A stretch of 64,000 nucleotides of DNA from Gemmatimonas sp. (GTDB lineage: Bacteria > Gemmatimonadota > Gemmatimonadetes > Gemmatimonadales > Gemmatimonadaceae), in the NCBI RefSeq assembly GCF_044344655.1, contig NZ_JBIJCN010000002.1, positions 32,174 to 96,173 of the forward strand, written 5' to 3'. The notes under the pieces were generated by a model. The model was not told the DNA's origin and made no database searches. It saw only the letters and a list, made by a program, of their open reading frames with translations. Positions 16,221 through 25,127 of the stretch are shown in pieces. A program made the position numbers and the translations under genes. Every line of letters starts with the position of its first letter. Within the stretch, counting starts at the first letter, position 1.

Positions 16221-18293
16221 TTAATGCCCGATCGGCCCCAGACGAAAAAGACTGAGGGCCCAGCCGACCGCTCCAGGCTCGGTGCCGGTGAGAAACCACT
16301 CGGTGTAGCGCCGATCCGCGGGGGTACGTCCGTCGGCGGGTGCGCCGGTCGTGCGATCCAGCTCGACGGCAACCACACCTGGGGGGGGCGTCCAGAGACC
16401 GGCGGTGCGCCCCTCGTAGGCTGACGCCAGGACGCGACCAGCAATCGGCGCGGCGAGGGTACCACCGGCGGCGCCGGGGGCGATCATCGCGGGCCTGTCG
16501 AACCCCAGCCACACGCCGGCCACGAGCTCGGGCGTCATCCCCACGAACCACACGTCGGTGTTGTCGTTGGTGGTGCCCGTCTTGCCGGCCACCGGCACAC
16601 GCGCGGGCACGAGGCCACGCAGTGCCGTCGCGGTGCCGCGCTCCACCACATCCTTCATGATGTCACGCATGATGAACGCCACGCGCGGGTCCATCGCAGA
16701 CCGCATGGGGGCGCCCTGGGGGACGAAGACCGTGCGCCCCGTCCGATCCTCCACACGTGTGATGAAGCGGGGATCGACCGAGACGCCGCCGTTGTCGAAG
16801 GCGGCATAGGCCGCCACGAAATCGAGCGGCTGCACGACGCTCGCCCCGAGCGCGCTCGAGGGATATGGCGCGATCGGCGCGCGCAGACCGGCGCGCCGCG
16901 CGAGGGCGATCACGCTGTCCATCCCCACTGACATCGCCAGCTGCACCGCCACCGGATTGCGCGAGCGCGTGAGCGCCTCGCGGAGGGTGAGCAGGCCCTG
17001 AAATTCGTGGTCGGCGTTGTCGGGCGCGTATATCTGGCCGTTGTCGAGCCGCACGCGTAGCGCCGTGTCGGCCACGAGTGCATTGGCGGTCACCCCCTGA
17101 CTCATCGCCTGCGCGTACACGAAGGCCTTGAAGCTCGACCCCGGTTGCCGGTTGCCGTCCACGGCGCGATTGAACGACGAGCGCGCGTAGTCCCGCCCAC
17201 CCACCAGCGCGCGCACCTCGCCGGTGGTCGGATCGAGCACCACGACGGTGCCTTCGAGGCAGGCGTTGGTTCGGGGCGTGCGCGCGGCGGCGGCCGATAA
17301 CGGTGGCGGAACGCGCGTCGCGCACCGGAGCCCACGGAAGCCCGGCCGCTGTTCGATCTCGTCGATCCCCTCCGAGAGGGCGCGTTGCGCACTGCGCTGG
17401 AGCGCCGGATCAATGGTGGTGGTGATGCGGTACCCGCCCGTGGTCACCGTCACGCCTGCACGCTCGGCCTGCACGCGCACCACATCGGTCACCCAGGGCG
17501 CGAGCTTGTCGAGCCGGTTTACCGTCTTGAGCGGTGCACGCTGCGCCACGGCCGCTTGCGCCGGCGTGAGGTACCCCTGCTCCGCCATCAAGGCGAGCAC
17601 CGTGTTGCGCCGTTCGCGATTGCGATCGGGGTTACGCGACGGATCGTAGATGGTGGGACTCTTGGGCATCGACGCGAGACTCGCCGCCTCGGCCAGTGAC
17701 AGGTCGGCGGCCGCCTTGCCGAAATACTGCCGCGCCGCCATCTCGATGCCGAACGCCCCACGCCCGAAGTCGAGCTGGTTGAGGAACGCCTCGAGGATCT
17801 GCTCCTTGCTGTAGCGCTTCTCCATTTCGCGCGCCGCCTGCTGCTCGCGGAGCTTGCGCGTTGGCGAGCGGTCGCGCCGGTCGATCACGTCGGGGTGCAT
17901 GTTCCCCACCAGCAGCTGCGTGATCGTACTCGCTCCGCGGATGTTGCCTCTGGTGACGGCGTCCTTGAGCGCGCCCGCCACGCCCACGAGGTCCACGCCG
18001 TCGTGCTGGTAGAAGCGCTTGTCTTCGACGGCGATGAACGCCTGCCCCACGTATTTCGGGAGCGTGCGCAGCGGCACACTGAGGCGGCGTTCGCGGCCGA
18101 TCTCGCCGATCACCGAGCCGTCGCGCCCCAGCACGAGGGTGACCTGGGGCGGGGTGATGATACGCCAGGGTTCACCAGTCGGCGCCGGCGTGGACTGCGC
18201 CCCGGCGGCCAGCCACGGGGCGGCGGCCAGCAGCAGGGCGGCAGACGGCACGAACCACAGGATGGCAGGGGGCAACGACCGCGCGGTAGGCAT
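16221..18293 (-). CDS. Class A penicillin-binding protein (PBP1A, transglycosylase-transpeptidase)
   Basis: EDKRFYQH, GASTITQLL, RKLRE, QPGSSFK (SxxK), SRN, KTGT; ATG 18293 lies 7 nt after TAGAAT. Confidence 0.95.
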   Translation of the reverse strand: MPTARSLPPAILWFVPSAALLLAAAPWLAAGAQSTPAPTGEPWRIITPPQVTLVLGRDGSVIGEIGRERRLSVPLRTLPKYVGQAFIAVEDKRFYQHDGVDLVGVAGALKDAVTRGNIRGASTITQLLVGNMHPDVIDRRDRSPTRKLREQQAAREMEKRYSKEQILEAFLNQLDFGRGAFGIEMAARQYFGKAAADLSLAEAASLASMPKSPTIYDPSRNPDRNRERRNTVLALMAEQGYLTPAQAAVAQRAPLKTVNRLDKLAPWVTDVVRVQAERAGVTVTTGGYRITTTIDPALQRSAQRALSEGIDEIEQRPGFRGLRCATRVPPPLSAAAARTPRTNACLEGTVVVLDPTTGEVRALVGGRDYARSSFNRAVDGNRQPGSSFKAFVYAQAMSQGVTANALVADTALRVRLDNGQIYAPDNADHEFQGLLTLREALTRSRNPVAVQLAMSVGMDSVIALARRAGLRAPIAPYPSSALGASVVQPLDFVAAYAAFDNGGVSVDPRFITRVEDRTGRTVFVPQGAPMRSAMDPRVAFIMRDIMKDVVERGTATALRGLVPARVPVAGKTGTTNDNTDVWFVGMTPELVAGVWLGFDRPAMIAPGAAGGTLAAPIAGRVLASAYEGRTAGLWTPPPGVVAVELDRTTGAPADGRTPADRRYTEWFLTGTEPGAVGWALSLFRLGPIGH

Positions 18294-18382
18294 AGTGGGA
18301 ATTCTACACGGGACGACTCCGTCGGTTCGTGACGAGCCCTGGGCCCCGCCGGTCTGGCCCGGTGTTCCGTTATCTTTCCGCC

Positions 18383-20308
18383 ATGCCCGGTGACCCGATT
18401 CGTCCCCTGACCATCGCGCTGTGCCAGTTCGCCCCCCGCAAGGGCGACACGGCCGGCAACCTTGCTCGCATCGGCCGCCTGTGCGCGCAGGCCGCCACGC
18501 TGGAGCCGCGCCCACAGATCGTCCAATTCCCGGAGACCGCCCTGTCGGGCTACTTCGTGGAAGGGGGCGTGCGCGAAGTCGCCTGCACCGCGGGGGCCCT
18601 CGCCTACGACCTCGATGATGCGTACCGCACGGCGTGCGCCTCGGCGGGGATCGAGCCAGTTCCGCTCGACGTCGTGGTGGGCTTCTACGAGCGGTGGCGC
18701 GAGACGCTGCACAACAGCGCCGCGTACCTCACGATCGGTCTCGATGATGGCCCGCCCAATGTGCGCCATGTGCACCGCAAGAACTTTCTCCCCACCTACG
18801 GGCTCTTCGACGAAGAGCGCTTCGTGGAGCGCGGCACCGACATTCGTGCGTTCGAAACACCGTGGGGCCGTGCCGCCATCCTTGTCTGCGAGGATGCCTG
18901 GCATTCGATCAGTGGCACGCTGGCCGCCCTCGACGGCGCGCAGCTCGTCTTTATCTCGTCCGCGGCGCCGGCCCGTGGGCCGTGGCCGCGCAACGACGGG
19001 ATTCCCGGACCCTACAGCGCGGCGCGATGGGAGCGGCTCATTCGCGACATCGCCGAAGAGCATGGGGTGTACGCGAGTTTCGTGAACCTCGTGGGCAGCG
19101 AAGGGGGCAAGCGGTTCTTCGGCACGTCGCACCTCGTCGGTCCCGGCGGCGACGTGCGCGGTCGCGCACCCGTGTGGGACGAGAGCTTCGTCTCGCTCAC
19201 CATCGACCTCGATGATCTCGTGCGCGCACGCGCGGATAGCCCGCTGCTCAGTGACCTGCGCGTGGCGCTGCCGCACGTGCTCGACAACGTGAAGCGGGTG
19301 ACCGAAGGGTGGCCGGTGGCCCTGTCGTACGACGGCCCGGAACCCGCAGCCGCCGACTTGCTGCGCGGCGCACGTGGCTTCACGACCGGCGAGTTCGCGA
19401 TCCCCACCGACCTGCTGGAGAAGGCCAACACCGTCGTGCGCGCCCTGCCGGAGCAATTGCCGGTGGTGCGCCACGGGATGCGCGATCACGGCGGCCCGCC
19501 GCCACTGGGTCTCGATCCGGAACTCACCGAAGACTGGCTGATTGGCTTCCTGCGCGAGGAGATGGCACGCCGCGGCTATGGCAAGGCCGTCATCGGCATC
19601 TCCGGCGGCGTGGACTCCGCCGTCACCGCCTATCTCGCGGTGGAAGCCCTCGGCCGCGACAATGTGATCGGAGTGCGCATGCCGTACCGCACGTCGAGTC
19701 TGGAGTCGCTCGAACATGCACAGCTGGTGATCGATGCGCTCGGTATCGAGTCGCGCACGGTGGATATCAGCGCAGCGGTCGACGGTTATCTCGCCCACGA
19801 GCCCGACGCCGATGGCGGCCGACGCGGCAACGTGATGGCGCGCCTGCGCATGATCACGCTCTTCGACTTGTCGGCGCGCTATCGGGCGCTCCCCCTTGGC
19901 ACCGGCAACAAGACGGAGCGGCTCCTCGGCTACTTCACCTGGCATGCCGACGACTCGCCGCCGGTCAATCCGATCGGCGACTTGTACAAGACGCAGGTGT
20001 GGCAGCTCGCGCGGCATCTGGGCGTGCCCGACGTGATCGTGGACAAGGCCCCCACGGCCGACCTGATCGTGGGACAGACCGATGAGGGTGACCTCGGGAT
20101 CAGCTACCCGCGCGCCGACGAGATCCTGAACGGCATGCTGCACGGTTTCTCGCACGAAGCGATGCGTGCCCGCGGCTTCGGGGAGGACGAACTCGTCACG
20201 GTGTCACGTCGCCTCAACGGAACACACTGGAAGCGTCGGCCACCCGCCACGGCGCTGGTGAGCCACAGCGGCATCGGCGAGTCGTATCTGCGGCCGGTGG
20301 ATTTCTAG
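18383..20308 (+). CDS. nadE: Glutamine-dependent NAD+ synthetase (nitrilase plus synthetase domains)
   Basis: Nitrilase triad FPE, HRK, VCED; GISGGVDSA, GNVMARLRM, GTGNKTE, PIGDLYKTQV, PTADL. Confidence 0.93.
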   Translation: MPGDPIRPLTIALCQFAPRKGDTAGNLARIGRLCAQAATLEPRPQIVQFPETALSGYFVEGGVREVACTAGALAYDLDDAYRTACASAGIEPVPLDVVVGFYERWRETLHNSAAYLTIGLDDGPPNVRHVHRKNFLPTYGLFDEERFVERGTDIRAFETPWGRAAILVCEDAWHSISGTLAALDGAQLVFISSAAPARGPWPRNDGIPGPYSAARWERLIRDIAEEHGVYASFVNLVGSEGGKRFFGTSHLVGPGGDVRGRAPVWDESFVSLTIDLDDLVRARADSPLLSDLRVALPHVLDNVKRVTEGWPVALSYDGPEPAAADLLRGARGFTTGEFAIPTDLLEKANTVVRALPEQLPVVRHGMRDHGGPPPLGLDPELTEDWLIGFLREEMARRGYGKAVIGISGGVDSAVTAYLAVEALGRDNVIGVRMPYRTSSLESLEHAQLVIDALGIESRTVDISAAVDGYLAHEPDADGGRRGNVMARLRMITLFDLSARYRALPLGTGNKTERLLGYFTWHADDSPPVNPIGDLYKTQVWQLARHLGVPDVIVDKAPTADLIVGQTDEGDLGISYPRADEILNGMLHGFSHEAMRARGFGEDELVTVSRRLNGTHWKRRPPATALVSHSGIGESYLRPVDF

Positions 20309-20341
20309 CCCATCCTCGTCGTCGGCGCACCGTCCCCAACC

Positions 20342-21112
20342 TCAGGCCGGCGGCGCCCAGAGCCGCCGAGGATCGGCGACCGCCAGTTCGCAGCAGAACG
20401 CCGCGATGCGTTCGACGGCCGCCGTCATGAACTGCTCGCCCTTCTCCGCCGTCGCCGCGCGCGGATCCCCCACCCCGGTGTCGACGGTGGCCTGTGTCCA
20501 GCGGCGCGGCATCCACGCCACGCCGCTCCGCACGCCCTCGAGCGTGCTGGGATGGCTGCGTCCCTCGCCCCACGCTGCGCGATTGGCCGCCACCAGGTGC
20601 GGCGCCACGTGCATGACCGCCGCGGTCTCGAGCTCGCCGGCGTGATCACCCGGCACGTCGAACGTGGCGGGGTCTGCGGCCTGCCACCAGTTCACGATCG
20701 CCAGCATGAGCGACGTGGAGGGCTGTAGCTCACGGACCAGCGCGCGCAGTTCGTTCCCGCCGTGCGCGTTGAGCAGCACCAGCGCTCGCACGCCGTGCGG
20801 CTCGAGGCTCCGGATCACATCGCGCAGCAGCGCGAGCTGCGTGCTGGGCATGACGTTGATCGTGAGCGGCAAGTCGAGCTGCGTGGTGTTCACCCCAAAC
20901 GGTATGGCGGGCAGCGCGATCACGTTGGTGCCGCGCCCGATGCACGCCGCCGCCACCCGCGCCGCGACTTCGCTCCCCAGCAGGGTGTCGGTGCCGTAGG
21001 GCAGATGGGTGTTGTGCGGCTCGGTCGCACCGAACGGCAGCAAGGCGACGGGCCAGGAACGGCTTGCGATGTGAGGCCAGGAAGCTTCGGCGAGTAGGCC
21101 GGGACGGGACAT
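20342..21112 (-). CDS. Creatininase family protein
   Basis: LPFGATEPHNTHLPYGTD, LNAHGGN, GDHAGELET, GVGDPRAATAEKG. Confidence 0.9.
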   Translation of the reverse strand: MSRPGLLAEASWPHIASRSWPVALLPFGATEPHNTHLPYGTDTLLGSEVAARVAAACIGRGTNVIALPAIPFGVNTTQLDLPLTINVMPSTQLALLRDVIRSLEPHGVRALVLLNAHGGNELRALVRELQPSTSLMLAIVNWWQAADPATFDVPGDHAGELETAAVMHVAPHLVAANRAAWGEGRSHPSTLEGVRSGVAWMPRRWTQATVDTGVGDPRAATAEKGEQFMTAAVERIAAFCCELAVADPRRLWAPPA

Positions 21113-21129
21113 GACGTCGGATCGTGGTT

Positions 21130-21188
21130 GGGGTCGTGGTCTGGGTCGAAGTCTACCTGCCACGGCGGTCGACCCAGACCACGACCCC
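21130..21188. repeat. Perfect 20-bp inverted repeat with 19-nt loop, arms built from degenerate hexamers
   Basis: GGGGTCGTGGTCTGGGTCGA / TCGACCCAGACCACGACCCC. Confidence 0.9.
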
Positions 21189-21289
21189 GACCCCCTGCGA
21201 TAGCTAGATCACGAGTAGCCCCACCGTCGCCGCTACCACGACCAGCACCATCGGCACCAATCCCAAGGGCCGCCCCGTCGCGCGCGTCC

Positions 21290-21823
21290 TCACGCCGCCA
21301 ACTCCTCGTCGAGCCGGGCAAATGCGAGACTCACCGCGCGCCGCGCGCCCCGCTTGAGCGCGCGTGTCACATTGCGCGCGTAGCGCACGAAGTTGGCTCC
21401 GGCCCAGGGATGCCGCGCGAAGAACTCGAACGGCAGCCGATCGCCCTTGAGTCGATTGCACGGGCCGCAGGCCGTCACCAGGTTCCCGGGATCGTGGGCC
21501 CCGCCGTGGGCGAGCGGCACCACATGGTCGAGCGTGGCGGTGCGCTGATCGAGCGACGTGGCGCAATACACGCACTTCTGACTGCAGTCGCGCAGCGCGC
21601 CCCGTCGCAACGCGCGCTTCATCGCCACGTGCACGATCACGGGCCGCGGCGTGTTGCCCCGCCGACTACCGGGGCGACTGCCACCGGCACGGACCGGTTC
21701 CTGTGTTCGACGGCTCCCCCGGGTGCGGACCGCCTCACTTCTGGAAGGACGGGTGCCGCGGGCATTGCTGTTGCGATCGCGGGCCGAACCGCGGCTCAGT
21801 TTGAGGGCTGGGCGCTTGGCCAT
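21290..21823 (-). CDS. HNH endonuclease with Arg-rich N-terminal extension
   Basis: CVYC...TLDHVVPLAHGGAHDPGNLVTACGPCNRLKG; AGGAGG SD before the ATG. Confidence 0.9.
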   Translation of the reverse strand: MAKRPALKLSRGSARDRNSNARGTRPSRSEAVRTRGSRRTQEPVRAGGSRPGSRRGNTPRPVIVHVAMKRALRRGALRDCSQKCVYCATSLDQRTATLDHVVPLAHGGAHDPGNLVTACGPCNRLKGDRLPFEFFARHPWAGANFVRYARNVTRALKRGARRAVSLAFARLDEELAA

Positions 21824-22095
21824 GCGTCACCCTCCTCGCAAAGAAGACGCCCCGACGCGGGCAGTGAGCCTCGCGGCGGGGCGGATCGCGCCGGCGGGAA
21901 AGACAGCGGGGCGCGGCCGGAACACCAGCGGCCGGCAGGGCACGGCCGCGGGGCCGCGCATCGGGGAGCTACCGCGAGTGGAGCGCATCATCCTCCTGGA
22001 ACACCAAGTGGACACGCCAACCGTCGAAGAACCCGGGCGTGGCTCGGTGCGCAGCAGGACCAGCATTTGCTCGCACACCCGACCCACGATGCGCG

Positions 22096-22125
22096 ACTAT
22101 ACGATCACGTTCCTGCTCCCGTCAA
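22096..22125 (-). promoter_or_regulatory. Sigma70-type promoter TTGACG-N18-TATAGT, ~265 nt upstream of the HNH gene
   Basis: Near-consensus hexamers in an otherwise GC-rich gap. Confidence 0.6.
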
Positions 22126-22159
22126 TAGCGCCGCACGCCAAAACGGGACCAGCTGCGTA

Positions 22160-22648
22160 TCAGTCCTGCTTCATGCCGCCGTTGCGGAGCGGATCACGGA
22201 GCATGCTCCCGATCCGCGCCGCCATCGCGTCAAGCTGCTGGCGGTTGGGCATCACCGAGCTCGGGAACGGCAGCGGCACGTCGAACCCGTCCCCGTCGCG
22301 ACGCGGGATCAGGTGAATGTGATAGTGCATCACGTTCTGCCCCGCCGCCGCGCCCGAATTGACGACGATATTCATGTCTGTCGCCCCCGACGCCGACTGC
22401 ACCACCGGGATCAATTTGGCGGCCACCTGGTACAGGTGCGCCCCCAACGCTTTCGGGACGTCTTGCAGCACCTCGTAGTGATCTCGAGGGACGACCAGTA
22501 CGTGCCCCGGGTTGACCGGTTGGATATCGAGGAAGGCAATCGCCATGGCGTCCTCGTAACAGATCGACACCTCGGCCGCACCGCGGATGAGGTCGCAGAA
22601 GATGCAGTGGCCGGTGGACGGCTTCATGGGCGAAATGGGGGCTTGCAT
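22160..22648 (-). CDS. HIT family hydrolase
   Basis: CIFCDLI, AFLDIQPVNPGHVLVVP, GQNVMHYHIHLIPR (HxHxH). Confidence 0.95.
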   Translation of the reverse strand: MQAPISPMKPSTGHCIFCDLIRGAAEVSICYEDAMAIAFLDIQPVNPGHVLVVPRDHYEVLQDVPKALGAHLYQVAAKLIPVVQSASGATDMNIVVNSGAAAGQNVMHYHIHLIPRRDGDGFDVPLPFPSSVMPNRQQLDAMAARIGSMLRDPLRNGGMKQD

Positions 22649-22823
22649 GACGGATGACTGGTGAGTCCAGACTCGAATCCCAACCTGTTGCCCGGACCAA
22701 CGCGAGGCAAGCGCGAGGTGGTTCCGCGCCCGGGTTGTCGCAACGGTCGCGGTGGCACATCCGGCGCGTCCACCGACTAATTTGCGTGGGTTGCCCGCGA
22801 TCAGTTTTCCCTCGAGTCCTCAG

Positions 22824-24965
22824 ATGGCCACATCGACCCGTCCGAGCCGCGCCCGCAAGGGCGAGGCCAGCGAGCCCGCCAGCGCATCGGCGCTGACCCG
22901 CGACCAGCTCATCAGCGCCTATCGCGTGATGTACACGTCGCGAAAGCTCGACGATAAAGAAATCCAGCTGAAGCGTCAGAACCGGATCTACTTCCAGATC
23001 TCCGGCGCCGGTCATGAGGCGATCGGCGTGGCGGCGGCCATGGCGCTGCGTCCCGCGTACGACTGGTTCTATCTCTACTACCGCGACCGCGCGCTCTGCC
23101 TGCAGCTGGGCATGACGCCGGCCGAGATGCTGTATAGCAGTGTGGGCGCCGCCATCGACCCCAATTCGGGCGGGCGCCAGATGCCCAGCCACTGGGGGCA
23201 CAAGGCGCTCAACATCACCACGGTGTCGTCGCCCACGGGCACCCAGTTCCTGCAGGCCGTCGGCAGCGCCGAAGCCACGCTGCGCGCCCGCCAGCTCGAA
23301 CTCACCGACGACCGCTTCAAGGGTGACGATGTTACGCTCGTCACCACCGGCGACGGCACGACCAGCGAAGGCGAATTCTGGGAGTCGCTCAATACCGCGA
23401 CCAACCTGCAGCTCCCCATCGTCTACCTCGTCGAGGACAACGGCTACGCCATCTCGGTCCCCGTCGAGGTCAACACCGCCGGCGGCTCGATCTCCAAGCT
23501 GGTGTCGTCGTTCCCCGGCCTCTACATCCAGGAAGTGGATGGCTGCGACTTCCTCGCCTCGTACGAGGTGATGCAGCGCGCCGTGCAGCACGCCCGCGAG
23601 CGGAAGGGACCGGCGTTCGTGCACGCCAAGGTCATTCGCCCGTACTCGCACTCGCTGTCGGACGACGAAGTGTTCTACCGGCCGCCCGAGGAGCGCGACG
23701 CCGACGCCGCACGCGACCCGCTCACCACCTTCCCGGCCTGGCTGATCGCCCAGGGGCATGCCACCGCCGACGACCTGCAGGCGCTGCGGGACAGCGTCGA
23801 CGCCGACGTGCTCGCCGCCACCGACGACGCCCTCGAGCAGCCCATGCCCGGCGGGGAGACGGTGCCGTTTGCCGTGTACTCCCCCGACGTGGACCCCACG
23901 TCGGAGCGCTTCGACACCGAAGACGATCCCCAGTTCGAGGGCGGCGCCACCACGATGGTGGACCTCCTCAACGCCTGCATGCGCGACGAGATGGCGCGCG
24001 ACGAACGCATCCTCGTCTTCGGCGAAGACGTGGCCGATGTGTCGCGCGACCAATACCTCGGCAAGGTCAAGGGCAAGGGTGGCGTGTTCAAGGTCACGCA
24101 CGGCCTGCAGACCAAGTACGGCAGCGCGCGCGTGTACAACTCGCCGCTCGCCGAGGCCAACATCGTCGGCCGCGCGATCGGGCTCGCGCATCGCGGATTC
24201 AAGCCCGTGGTCGAAATCCAGTTCTTCGACTACATCTGGCCGGCGTTCATGCAGATCCGCGATGAACTGGCCACGATGCGCTGGCGCTCCAACAACGCGT
24301 TCAGTTCCCCTGTGGTCATTCGAACCACCTACGGCGGCTACATCCGCGGCGCCATCTATCACTCTCAGACCGGGGCGTCGCTGTTCACGCACAACCCCGG
24401 CCTGCGCGTGGTGTGTCCCAGCAACGCGCTCGATGCCAGCGGCTTGCTGCGCACCGCCATCCGCTGCGATGACCCGGTGATCTTCCTGGAGCACAAGCAC
24501 CTGTATCGCCAGACGTACAACAAGGCGCAGTATCCCGGCCCGAACTTCATGATCCCGTTCGGCAAGGCCAGCATCCTCAAGCCGGGTACCGACGTGACGC
24601 TCGTGACCTACGGCGCCACCGTGCAGCGCGCCCTCGTGGCCGCGAAGCAGATCGAGGAAGAGGGCGGCCCGAGCGTGGAGGTGATCGACCTCCGCACGCT
24701 CTCGCCGTGGGACAAGGAAACGGTGTATGCGAGCGTGAAGAAGACCGGCCGCGTGATCATGGCCACCGAAGACTCCCTGTCGTGGGGCTACGGCGCCGAA
24801 ATCGCCGCGAGCATCGCCGACGAATGCTTCGCGTGGCTCGATGCGCCGGTCAAGCGCATCGCCAGCCCGGACGTGTTCGTTGGCTACGCCCCGTCGCTCG
24901 AGGATGCCACGCTCCCGCAGGTGGAGACCTTCCGCAACGCCTATCTCGACATCGTGAAGTTCTAG
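22824..24965 (+). CDS. Fused 2-oxoacid dehydrogenase E1 alpha/beta (branched-chain-like)
   Basis: [16 protein letters not shown] motif [17 protein letters not shown], beta half [27 protein letters not shown]. Confidence 0.93.
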   Translation: MATSTRPSRARKGEASEPASASALTRDQLISAYRVMYTSRKLDDKEIQLKRQNRIYFQISGAGHEAIGVAAAMALRPAYDWFYLYYRDRALCLQLGMTPAEMLYSSVGAAIDPNSGGRQMPSHWGHKALNITTVSSPTGTQFLQAVGSAEATLRARQLELTDDRFKGDDVTLVTTGDGTTSEGEFWESLNTATNLQLPIVYLVEDNGYAISVPVEVNTAGGSISKLVSSFPGLYIQEVDGCDFLASYEVMQRAVQHARERKGPAFVHAKVIRPYSHSLSDDEVFYRPPEERDADAARDPLTTFPAWLIAQGHATADDLQALRDSVDADVLAATDDALEQPMPGGETVPFAVYSPDVDPTSERFDTEDDPQFEGGATTMVDLLNACMRDEMARDERILVFGEDVADVSRDQYLGKVKGKGGVFKVTHGLQTKYGSARVYNSPLAEANIVGRAIGLAHRGFKPVVEIQFFDYIWPAFMQIRDELATMRWRSNNAFSSPVVIRTTYGGYIRGAIYHSQTGASLFTHNPGLRVVCPSNALDASGLLRTAIRCDDPVIFLEHKHLYRQTYNKAQYPGPNFMIPFGKASILKPGTDVTLVTYGATVQRALVAAKQIEEEGGPSVEVIDLRTLSPWDKETVYASVKKTGRVIMATEDSLSWGYGAEIAASIADECFAWLDAPVKRIASPDVFVGYAPSLEDATLPQVETFRNAYLDIVKF

Positions 24966-24997
24966 GGCGAACCCCGACGACGCCGCGTTGACCCGAC

Positions 24998-25041
24998 ACG
25001 CCGAACACTCCCTGCCATCCGCAGGGGGTGTTCGGCGTTTT
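24998..25041 (+). terminator. Rho-independent terminator after E1
   Basis: ACGCCGAACACTCCCTGC / GCAGGGGGTGTTCGGCGT stem followed by TTT. Confidence 0.75.
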
Positions 25042-25127
25042 GGCATCCGCGCGGGCACCGGTACCATCCGAGCCGACGGCCGCGGCTGTCATCGCGTATC
25101 TTCGGTGGTCCCTCACCCGGAGCTCCG

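Noticed and set aside
21204-21575. 123-aa ORF with a hydrophobic tail overlapping the HNH gene
   Set aside because: The tail comes from low-complexity ACC/GGT repeats and the rest is an alternate frame of the HNH gene.
21290-21823. HNH genes as IscB/Cas9, homing endonucleases or transposon parts
   Set aside because: Too short, no RuvC or PLMP motifs, no intron, terminal repeats or transposase nearby.
22230-25067. 945-aa minus-strand ORF and similar long ORFs (18110-20155, 25134-27014, 28134-29936, 12199-13707)
   Set aside because: Antisense shadows of well-supported genes, expected in high-GC DNA; no recognisable motifs.
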